This document shows positions 13,001 through 17,028 of a stretch of DNA of 37,276 nt, one piece after another. Origin of the DNA: Candidatus Omnitrophota bacterium (GTDB lineage Bacteria > Omnitrophota > Gorgyraeia > Zapsychrales > JAHFGK01); NCBI GenBank assembly GCA_023247475.1, contig JAHFGK010000001.1, positions 13,230-50,505 on the forward strand. Reading direction: 5' to 3'. The notes under the pieces are model-generated. The model saw only the letters and a program-made list of their open reading frames with translations. It did no database searches and was not told where the DNA came from. Positions within the stretch are counted from its first letter, which is position 1. Each line of letters begins with the position of its first letter. Both the position numbers and the translations under genes were made by a program.

Positions 13001-15314
13001 TATTGTTTTCTTAAGAGAAGCTCTTTCTTTCATCGATCAAGAGCGTAATATTTATCAAATGATCAGTCAAATAAGAAAAGAGGTAGTGACCGGCAAAGAT
13101 CTGGAAAAAATCCGCGTCGTTTTTGCCAGGCAAGGGTTGACGGATTATGAAGCGCATTTGCGGAAAATGGGACAGAGACTCGAAACGATGCGGCAGGAAT
13201 TTTTCGGCGCTCCCGATTTCGGAAAAATTATTGATAGTTCACCTTTCCGCGATGAACGAAGGATTAACGCTTTGATTCCTACCGCCCGAGGATATAAAGA
13301 AATGCACTTTTTGAATATTCAAAAAGCAAAAGCGATTTGTGATCTTACAAATTGTTTAGACCAGTTGGCTGGTTATGCTGTCTCAGAACGAGGAAAGGTT
13401 CGGGAATTTGTCAGAAAATTGGAATGTCTTTTCCCCTGTGGAAGATTCTTAGAGTTCGGTGTTCATAAGATAGATCCCCAAATGATTGCTCGCTTAACCA
13501 ATTGCGGCGCTATTAACAATGAAAATGTTTTATTTAATGATACGGAGCCCATAGCCATTTTGTTATCCCAAGGACGGTTTGGCTTGATTAGTACAGCCGC
13601 GACATCGATTCAATTGATAACAAGTGTGGCAGAAAGAGAGGAGCGGTGGAGAAGTTTTGTTGGTATTGCTCTCCATGAGGCAGAGAAAATTTCTGAAGAA
13701 AAGGGGGAGCAAAAGGGATTTTCCCCCGAAAACGGTGAGCTTATTATTCTCCGACATGGAGAAACGGTATTAAATAATCGTGAACTGGTTTTATCAGCGG
13801 AGGGTATTGCGGATCTGAAAATTTCGGCCCATGCCTTAAAGCAAATTTATGGAAGGGATGGTATTGAAGAGTCGGTTGTTTCTGCTTCACAACGCATGAT
13901 CCATACTTTGGGCATTGTCATCGATCGGCTGAGGCCGGCTACGATGGACATATCAGTTCACAAGGCGATCAATGGTTCCAATCGAGGTCCGTTCACAAAA
14001 ATTCCCTATGAATCGTTAAAAGAGGAAATAGCCGTGCGGATACAGAATTTATGGCAGTTTTATCCTAAATTAAGAGAAGCTGCCGATGAAGTGATTTCTA
14101 AAGAAGTTGTTCACCGATGGTTCTATCCAACGCCTGCCATAAAACGCTTTGCCATCTCAGAATCAGCTCGTATGAAAGCGCAAAGGTTATTTGAGCAATG
14201 GAAATTAGTACAAGTCAGACCCGCTCCTGATGAACGGGGATTCTCCGAAGATTATCGAGAGGTGCAATCTCGCGTTGTCCCTTATTTTGAAAAAATTATC
14301 CGACCTAAAATCATGAGAGGGAAGAAAATTCTAATGGTCCTTTCGCGGAATGTTTTTGGTTGTTTGGCCGCGGACTTATTTGGTTTAACCTATAATGAAC
14401 TCACTCATATTCCCAATCCCAAAGCTATACCTATCCGAGTTTTATTCAAGAAAGATGGATCAGTGGAGAAGGTGGAATTTATTTTGAACACTGACGAAGA
14501 TTCTTTTTCAAAAAAGAGATTAGAAAATTTTGTTAAAATTTTAGAAAATAAACTTATCCCCTATACATATAGAAAATTGAGAAATGGCGCCGGCCCCACT
14601 TCCGAAAGCAGCTGGGGAGCTCCTGCTGAACCTAGCGGCGCAGGCATGATTCCCGTTATGAGTTGGATTTTGCTGAAGTTGGGAATTTCGCTCAAACACC
14701 AGGCCTGGATCGAGCAAATAATTTTCTGGCTCATTAATCTGTGGCTGATGACGGTATTTGGTGCGTTTTGGGCAACCGTGCTCACCTGGTCGACGTTTTT
14801 CCTCCTTCACTTTCTCCGCACCCAAAATATGCCCCAGGCCCCGCCGTGGGGTTGGATTGCGCTAATCGCTCTTGCCAATGCGATTCCCCTCTTTTTCCTA
14901 TCATTTTTAAATATCGTAATTCTAATTTCTGTATTCTTTTCTGTCACTGCTATTCATCACATTCTGAATCTTAAGGTCGATATAATAACTGGAGATAATA
15001 AGGGGAAATTAAACCGACTCCCCAAACTTCATCCGGACGGGATTGGGGTGAATGAGGGGTTGCTGGAAATTAAAGACGAGGATGGAACTCCCGCGGGAGA
15101 ATTTATCGCGCTTAACGTTGGGCCGGGATTCGCTTTGCATCAATCGATTATTTTCTCACTGCTTCGTGCTAAGAATATTTTTGACCGTTACTGGCAAGTG
15201 GATCCCGCAAGAGCGAAAGCCGATGTCATTGTGAGGACGGAGGATGATCGGGATTTCGCTCCTCGGGCACGAAGGAAAGGTTACCAGCAGAAATTACGGA
15301 GTGTTGAGAAATAA
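3..15314 (+). CDS. Giant multidomain membrane-anchored multi-enzyme protein (>5,100 aa, 5'-truncated)
   Basis: The ORF track gives 57..15314, but the frame is open from base 3 (EDNLRDIEITDYHGTSFGM...) and begins inside a deaminase fold, so the true start is upstream. It contains about 10 recognisable enzyme domains and 3 repeated TM cassettes. Confidence 0.93.
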   Translation, partial: EDNLRDIEITDYHGTSFGMLIEQLVKAEKETGGQINVSVLKAFRKHHLREVLEKVKDESIRKDILKSFNGMSLSQVKDKILEEVIKSDYALYDVVEKVVRKEFNEAFEEIRRQIILEKGNLTTDEDIRERLIFAYEARKNAQQEVHQFERDLNQFEKEQPIYRKRIGGVSSVGIETGYINWVGSPILRKVKMMGLKRSSHMGETWENGEYLAVLRRIKQEIELDVERLAHLTVLGLDFDDRKKILGISNKERAEAKQLQGEIFDLIRKKGIHVELQPTSQITISPAYSDYKDHTATRFFKEKISISINPDDSSVFDTNPSQELAEIWFANPDISYEQLMWTVNQAKEYRFYEHPEEVKKRLTKERWRVWEACRKFVSAVVVFGSARIARGSVQYEVGKNLGRAIQRKGLVPRSGGGPGHMEGPAEGYVLERQKTLKIIKKMIDAVKTQAIRIVLPFEQFTSKFMEIVFNFSHFVFRKLALHLKSLGIIALSGGLGTWDEIMETWRRERPVVLLGKDFYEPLINALRESWEMAGMTDQIRMWPVITDSIDEALDNMLRLSQEGYIAKTNQAETKIAVKEMQDGLDKLNKLPRGIVILGHPADHPYGREVVGRFQEILSAMMKKDMAVRISSRGLVFDATLEIARSMHKENILQTVLFRWNGDRPWSSEENYLAENFPNNTVLTTDDSIHQLLLTYDARGYVLLPGGVGTLNKLFDIVATMQTGKIRRKPIVLVGREFWAPILKKMKEVFEGHDPQVISPGDMELVKIADTPEDALRILGLNHDFLERAPPPSASPSSPAPASSISSTSPTEQNRKIYEDIYQSFKTKGIDPEKQNALRGKFEKEVDGSLKLIDHSNLPVKTAVPVETNSYSAYIGAPLPEKVAQRLLQISSDIRSILPPDLAVYQADLDSLHISVQILQDLGITQIFDDPNNELTIEERQGLIEILRDVVNKTKEFDLKLEGIRFGNDGGVIAVLTDDGSLFKLRKEFYDRAIEVTPKIKNKQPKVVILITLMRILDHVDDKTLAILKQRADELKDITVENLILRVDRIKVGHETRWMHEGVENEEIIPLASQQIQGAGPASNSSGAGMIPALSWLLMKMGILLEHQAWIEQVIFWIINLWLMTVFGALWATAITWSTFFLLHFLRTKNMPQTPPWRGILFISVVNTLPFFFLSFQSIGFLILFFIFITAIHHLLNLVYLPSEEIARLPKEIRTKQSLEIVWLSALKDWDSSDRNELLGAKAANLEELMNIPGIKVPKGFVISTAVFDRYLKSIHLEESIADLERLSSLRKSLSKAHEFISYFFEGILKLTIVAKILSEIWRIFSGMIRIDADLAEIAKNIKERIISGHLREDLRVSIIAAYQQLSSKNKDMLVAVRSSATAEDMPHASFAGQYKTYLNQIGEEQVIEAVKNVWASTYNINVINYRNENNIPHGKTKMAVLILEMIDAQSAGTAFSVDPETGFPMVSINNTYGLGEIEVSGNVTPDTWLVDSETETILKRRLGEKRVRFAYDPRKKTNVIVQNSAEEQSRFAMGSREARQIASQLRVIDKYYKSRMKDIKYIETEYAITKDGEVIFTQARAETVWSRGKSLLVAIDKKAAKDFPLILEGGITGSVGVATGIVRIVYSVEDADKKIRPGDIMVAPNTTSVWERAMGLAAGMVTEIGGPGNHTAVVSREQGKPAIVGNSNAINVLKQYEGRTITIDAVFKRVYLGKVHASCFYRPDQIPAHYLGLDSVTEEEHWNGAKQGRQTIEDGDGKRWIGKPNEPTSFFLQNIHDKSHDWVARVASLSPIEEGQDRIQGKIYQVDFKNIHKWREEFRNKRIEELESLYQEWVEIIDHYLRVSRELELSSESIREWIDAFMKLNGIMNVSFPFNEVVTGLLEQELQDRKLKEPYFSWLHSSLNSSFCGTLKMEADRVYGELLDELRKRRSSITHALQRVAQDGKYTEEFLNDQNHRRFLRQLEKYAKNFRVTSEFALSLTATWPLQKVAQDLVSDLESGRRINIPEQIMEEYYPEDQEFNRIFRLAALSAKLKQDSHHIKFRGQWKFMEKIQPLEEFLMQKREIGTVEEIFDHKPEWLVEKIIEYEKTDALKNLLLKEYLNMRPYKTYPLHPKELDISLKFLPIEGALEEIKEILLERHVDPNRIDNLTMGYERAWAFIRNRYPHQKERLSKLKIRISNRKVSKLEPQKDILPLEYEDLKNSDYVTQKFLRAFDWHAVRPNESIQKAVEALFLDIEEVLFFLSLSPDRQNNYLQSMLRKKFYKVLKSIGEENENEIADPIFQYARQAKEYSDFSLTRSWQKDERLHELMEIFAENLIYLKSLWKNKYPSKSLYEFYGSLIEESQKTGISPTVIVIGVINLNRIENTIDNFLLRRRYQISFEKTPADYIFIGGGGFNSGTIGRSLRWVKEHEENDFDDRCHCSVNITSTWDRGGSSQKDADAVRGRYKTHVLSPGDIMTVLSFQTITDTNWFSKEDPENLWESDDKPENSEAVKDLIYTYKNRLTVPEDHTFEEVIEKRIQEVYKNENLIKPDNWQEFVVNLRGAARFVDRELISKGYLQGIREQVTSVQNLLLLALIIAFNPDYKKGEKLNATHASREIHYILGLKRIFALPASFEDAVSAMKLEGRDRKGEIVKEIVGHLNFANEKEEYKIVEGKDSYEAIPYQLVLKETEDSKAVSNQDLNRNRFPKANPDAVNAIKNAKRALIMGMSSPFDSTLVNLMPVEIVEEMEKKVLQWRKNEGAGVMSFYFPKVITELQMEKLSLKEIFLLMERSIQAAQGRPDFSIENIITHVFMPNVPQKVWSIYLAKLKKSKRYLLNESGQAELDKVAIGDRDVFDQVKAIFFNKNYWSKKAQEGIEDGRIKITKMIPGVPFIFTDEDQNFLESRGIEVVDASREDHEKLYRIWEERVVYNTNQVARILNRVIKKNDQSSTTMLDSKLVNEIVRVAGESIRSFLKDLDPHSENITNSQFSDIARFNNLWEAVRRFKKEGPTSFSNEKLLAAKTAIPRIELRGRRENGQAAQVAIIGVPGVYRARVISSFDEMIRMHGLNFKPGGVMTIEVNRAGVNKALPIEYLGNHFDEILKQMEYTPGHLINSSKTRTVIITDADGTIYGNPTKDRNPSLSESPVRQVLEEYLQAGGILVIDSGNDLELTAKRLLDHDAIPPRLRHRIIIAANGGTNMARLTSEGKMVEILDYDQNALKKHFSQDRHKVIEELDAVYLGDDASKEGNDFPSYRKMGFHRSLTVTSDEWENIPDELKANYIGGLEQGTRIFLERVVAAAKLKPYQKLFNVPGLRTTIEGTCNALTVLDNEELREIMKQFTRHMNNREVDGQKSSLPMMPAFIKAATGGESGEFLGVDWGGSNLRVMLVQLSPGRKPKIVKSSKLKFSDQHKNGIINPFETIAQVIKSFNLDPGKRYGLGFTFSQPVEQKSLISAILWKWVKGWNIKDVVGKDVSQLLQTALESNGLNVEVRALVNDVVATHLAVPHADIGLVLGTGFTFSMLGDDGEIINTEGGAFIYNGLPQTIFDRDIYQNMDPLNEHAFEKMVSGAYLGKILRMQLRALRVQGKFMNEYDKVSFIDEPQKLQVEEFKNGDAREFIAALTADIQTKLKHDLPKIESPRKMLDWIIQGPVIFELFDHYKYESFLSEAGLKLFHKIKASYNVASLSALAHNQVSQLTSTPDGQKMQRIILDLIYADKMPQDSPDILMTKLISLIESYDNLESLRVALGGDEQFAILYGISNRDLRTLKQLSKDISRRAGRLLAAELLAAIEKNDPQLSKNHIVAVDGSVYEKHPQMRQYIHEGIAQLRGLNINDQGGQIEFVFAEDATLIGAAIVAAVAEQKLSIKQKEASRLNSGAGMIPALSWALTKMGISLKHQAWIEQVIFWLINLWLMTVFHSLLATAITWSAFFLLHFLRTQNVPQAPPWKWIVFIAIINAFALCFTPLSFIKMLILNFILATLIHHILNLNKMVITWYKPYVQTRLSELPLDERGTLIHKIWESIEYDANNPLITQIAHFSKRGVKKETLKRLIDFLMSIGADVANPWVISFRSETVLTKMASHLLDEPSNLSDIEGDRKFLDIKVSEPLVEPDLSLRADISLQEMKDSYHRLLDYQKSWILSGRGFLEIAHQVRCSGNKFAENVIRILLSRVWEELRISPQADAFLFFADIKTFASDIDWVYWGPMIDEVNVRLASYLQLVGFNPDLLGSMLLTEEIRQGRVGHTLIQSFANGTVIEMNQGNFNDFYRMVIRPNADLNNVWLEAHRKLSRRLATWNRTTLQPFRSFRISDFKKLQHRTVTTLLFGLARKFNIPFGPSWEDLFEQLKRFLSESDIVFLREALSFIDQERNIYQMISQIRKEVVTGKDLEKIRVVFARQGLTDYEAHLRKMGQRLETMRQEFFGAPDFGKIIDSSPFRDERRINALIPTARGYKEMHFLNIQKAKAICDLTNCLDQLAGYAVSERGKVREFVRKLECLFPCGRFLEFGVHKIDPQMIARLTNCGAINNENVLFNDTEPIAILLSQGRFGLISTAATSIQLITSVAEREERWRSFVGIALHEAEKISEEKGEQKGFSPENGELIILRHGETVLNNRELVLSAEGIADLKISAHALKQIYGRDGIEESVVSASQRMIHTLGIVIDRLRPATMDISVHKAINGSNRGPFTKIPYESLKEEIAVRIQNLWQFYPKLREAADEVISKEVVHRWFYPTPAIKRFAISESARMKAQRLFEQWKLVQVRPAPDERGFSEDYREVQSRVVPYFEKIIRPKIMRGKKILMVLSRNVFGCLAADLFGLTYNELTHIPNPKAIPIRVLFKKDGSVEKVEFILNTDEDSFSKKRLENFVKILENKLIPYTYRKLRNGAGPTSESSWGAPAEPSGAGMIPVMSWILLKLGISLKHQAWIEQIIFWLINLWLMTVFGAFWATVLTWSTFFLLHFLRTQNMPQAPPWGWIALIALANAIPLFFLSFLNIVILISVFFSVTAIHHILNLKVDIITGDNKGKLNRLPKLHPDGIGVNEGLLEIKDEDGTPAGEFIALNVGPGFALHQSIIFSLLRAKNIFDRYWQVDPARAKADVIVRTEDDRDFAPRARRKGYQQKLRSVEK
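1125..2340 (+). other. Domains of giant ORF: two tandem LOG/SLOG (nucleotide phosphoribohydrolase) domains
   Basis: Copy 1 has VVVFGSAR, SGGGPGHME, LPFEQ, FVFRK and SGGLGTWDE. Copy 2 has LLPGGVGTLNKLFD and KPIVLVGREFW. Confidence 0.85.
2600..3210 (+). other. Domain of giant ORF: 2H phosphoesterase (LigT-like), second His motif degenerate
   Basis: SLHISVQ (HxS) followed about 95 aa later by VILITLMR where HxT is expected; FDLKLEGIRF..DGGVI strand pattern in between. Confidence 0.6.
3252..3590 (+). repeat. TM cassette copy 1 (CPBP/Abi-like, about 4 TM)
   Basis: SGAGMIP...HQAWIEQVIFW...FFLLHFLRT...QTPPW...AIHHLLNL; 327 nt from ATG 3264 to the end. Confidence 0.9.
3690..5140 (+). other. Domains of giant ORF: PEP-synthase/PPDK-type ATP-grasp plus phospho-His swivel domain
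   Basis: LLGAKAANL, VPKGFVIST, AVRSSATAEDMPHASFAGQY, FTQARAETVW, then GGPGNHTAVVSREQGKPAIVG (His codon at 5007). Confidence 0.9.
7155..8780 (+). other. Domain of giant ORF: YvcK/CofD-like nucleotide-binding domain
   Basis: IFIGGGG, ITSTWDRGGSS, SPGDI and ANPDAVNAIKNA..LIMGMSSPFDSTLVNL match YvcK GGGTG / DDGGSS / PGDIR / P.A..AI..AD.I..GPGS..TS...NL. Confidence 0.7.
9300..9840 (+). other. Domain of giant ORF: HAD-superfamily phosphatase (IIB-like)
   Basis: IITDADGT (motif I), IDSGN (motif II), YLGDD...GNDF (motif IV). Confidence 0.8.
9920..11530 (+). other. Domain of giant ORF: hexokinase with a large insertion
   Basis: FLGVDWGGSNLRV, LGFTFSQP, WVKGW, LVNDVVAT, GLVLGTG, INTEGGAF, FEKMVSGAYLG, VAVDGSVYEKHP, EDATLIGAA. 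Confidence 0.93.
11571..11909 (+). repeat. TM cassette copy 2
   Basis: SGAGMIPALSW...HQAWIEQVIFW...FFLLHFLRT...QAPPW...LIHHILNL; 327 nt from ATG 11583. Confidence 0.9.
12300..13200 (+). other. Domain of giant ORF: GlnD/GlnE-like nucleotidyltransferase plus helical substrate-binding domain (possibly degenerate)
   Basis: FASDIDWVYW (SDxD), later SDFKKLQHR and LREALSFIDQERN resembling DLK..GLR / L.EA..FL..LRN. The usual G[S/G] loop before SDxD is absent. Confidence 0.5.
13735..14485 (+). other. Domain of giant ORF: histidine phosphatase / phosphoglycerate-mutase-like
   Basis: LIILRHGET, LSAEG, SASQRMIHT, SEDYREVQSRV, KILMVLSRN (second His not conserved). Confidence 0.8.
14634..14972 (+). repeat. 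TM cassette copy 3
   Basis: SGAGMIPVMSW...HQAWIEQIIFW...FFLLHFLRT...QAPPW...AIHHILNL; 327 nt from ATG 14646. Confidence 0.9.
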
Positions 15315-15319
15315 AAGAA

Positions 15320-15460
15320 CTAGGTTCTAAGGAATTGTTTATTGAGGAAATTTTCAGTCACTTCAACGATGGTAGGTCTTCCGTGCGGGCAGATGAAGGG
15401 ATCGCGGCGCGCATTATGAGTTTTAGTTTATCGCAGAAATTCGTTTACTGGGGATTTAAA
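15320..15460 (-). pseudogene. mutL: Remnant duplicate of the mutL 3' end
   Basis: Minus strand 15406-15320 reads RDPFICPHGRPTIVEVTENFLNKQFLRT*, versus MutL RDPFTCPHGRPTVVEMTESFLDKQFLRT* (23/28 identical). A frameshifted LNPQ match persists at about 15448-15459. Confidence 0.88.
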
Positions 15461-15520
15461 ATTAAGTCACAAGCTTTTTAGGGTTGCAACGATATTCAAG
15501 ATTAGCTTTTAAGAAAAATA

Positions 15521-16915
15521 TTAGGGATAAACGCCTCTTAAGGTTGGATAACCGTCGTTCACTTTTGAATTTTGTTCCCAAATTCCTTCAGGGTTATTAA
15601 CTTCATCATAAAAATTCCAGTCCACATAAATATTACCTGAATGCGGGGAAGTCGTCATTTCTTCTGTACTCCTAGGTTCTCCAAAACCGTTGGCCCAAGT
15701 TGACCCACTAATATCTATGTCCCAATAGGAATGGATAATGTCTTGTGGAGTGATAGGATTAATGACATTACCACTGTAACCAACGAGTCCAGTGGCACCA
15801 TGCATTGCCGAATAACAATTAATGACCTGGATACCTGTCCCCGTGTCTCCTTTTCCAGCCGCTCCAATTAATCCTGTTCCTTGGCCTATTTCCCCACGGC
15901 TAAAACAGTCTTTGATTGTTATATCACCAAGTAAATACCCACATAATCCCCCGCCTCCCTCCATATTAGCAAAAGCATAGGACTGAAGGACCTCACTGGT
16001 TATCTGTTTATGCTCACGCCCATCATTAATTTTCCCACCAAACATATACCCAATTAAACCGCCTACGGATTCCTTTCCAGAGACTGAGCCCAAAGAATAA
16101 GCATACCCAATAGTCGAATTAAATACTTGCCCCGCTATACCTCCAACGTTGTTACCTCCATAGACTGCTCCATTTATACCGGAATGAGTAATGGTGGAAT
16201 CACGTAAATCGCCCACAAGACCAGCCGTATAGTTACTCCCGCTGACCGTTCCTGTAACCTTGACATTAGATATAAACGCATCGCTTGCCCTACCTGCGAT
16301 TGCACCAACACACTGCTGGCCTAATATAATAACATTGTTTAAATGAATATTTTGAATCTTAGCCGAATTTAAGGTACTGAACAATCCAACAAAATCCTCT
16401 CTACTATGATCGATGGTAAGATTTGCAATTATTTTGTTATTCCCCTCCAGCACTCCGTTAAATATTTTTGTATCTGTTTGTATCGGCTCGAAAGGGGTAG
16501 CTAATTTTGACATATCAAGATCATTACATAAAAAATAATTGGCGCTTAAATTGTTTCGAATATTTTGCAAATCTTGCGGTGTCTTAATGGGAACAAAACC
16601 TTCGGGTGCTCGGCAGGGTTCTTTGGGTTGAGGTCCATCTATAAAGAGAAATTGAAGTAGATATATGGGATCACTAATGTCTAGAGTAGAATCTCCATTG
16701 ACATCAGCAATTTCTGGACAAGCAGATCCTTGGCCATTAGTAAAAAGAAATGATAAAAGAAAGACAGCATCGGATATGTCTACTGTATGATCGCTGTTGA
16801 TATCACCTGCAGAAAATTCCTCACAGGCAGCATAAGCACTGATAGGCTGAATTAGTATGCCGACTATAAGAATTAAGAGAATGTTAAGAGTAAGAGTTAT
16901 ATGCGATGGCCGCAT
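15521..16915 (-). CDS. Secreted protein with N-terminal dockerin-like domain and GLUG-motif beta-helix repeats
   Basis: Signal peptide (..SAYA); paired GDINSDHTVDISD / ADVNGDSTLDISD Ca-binding loops; IKTPQDLQNI..NLSANY.L.NDLD, F.GVLEGNNKII.NL and repeated VGGIAG/VGGLIG. Confidence 0.82.
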   Translation of the reverse strand: MRPSHITLTLNILLILIVGILIQPISAYAACEEFSAGDINSDHTVDISDAVFLLSFLFTNGQGSACPEIADVNGDSTLDISDPIYLLQFLFIDGPQPKEPCRAPEGFVPIKTPQDLQNIRNNLSANYFLCNDLDMSKLATPFEPIQTDTKIFNGVLEGNNKIIANLTIDHSREDFVGLFSTLNSAKIQNIHLNNVIILGQQCVGAIAGRASDAFISNVKVTGTVSGSNYTAGLVGDLRDSTITHSGINGAVYGGNNVGGIAGQVFNSTIGYAYSLGSVSGKESVGGLIGYMFGGKINDGREHKQITSEVLQSYAFANMEGGGGLCGYLLGDITIKDCFSRGEIGQGTGLIGAAGKGDTGTGIQVINCYSAMHGATGLVGYSGNVINPITPQDIIHSYWDIDISGSTWANGFGEPRSTEEMTTSPHSGNIYVDWNFYDEVNNPEGIWEQNSKVNDGYPTLRGVYP

Positions 16916-17028
16916 TTATTTCCTTTTTAAGAGAAGTGTATACTATGCTTTTTTAAAAAATAAGGACAAATAACAAGTGAGACGGTTCTTTGTTTGTCGC
17001 GATGAGGATTTCGCATGGCAATCCTAAG

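Noticed and set aside
3252-14972. Cassette repeats as DGR template/variable repeats, inteins or CRISPR
   Set aside because: Differences are not adenine-specific and no reverse transcriptase is present; the cassette is hydrophobic without intein C/S...HN splice blocks; the copies are long, in-frame and kb apart.
273-15234. Short alternative-frame and antisense ORFs inside the giant gene, including the similar pair 11565-11762 and 14541-14825
   Set aside because: Shadow ORFs; the pair is similar only because both lie antisense to the repeated cassette.
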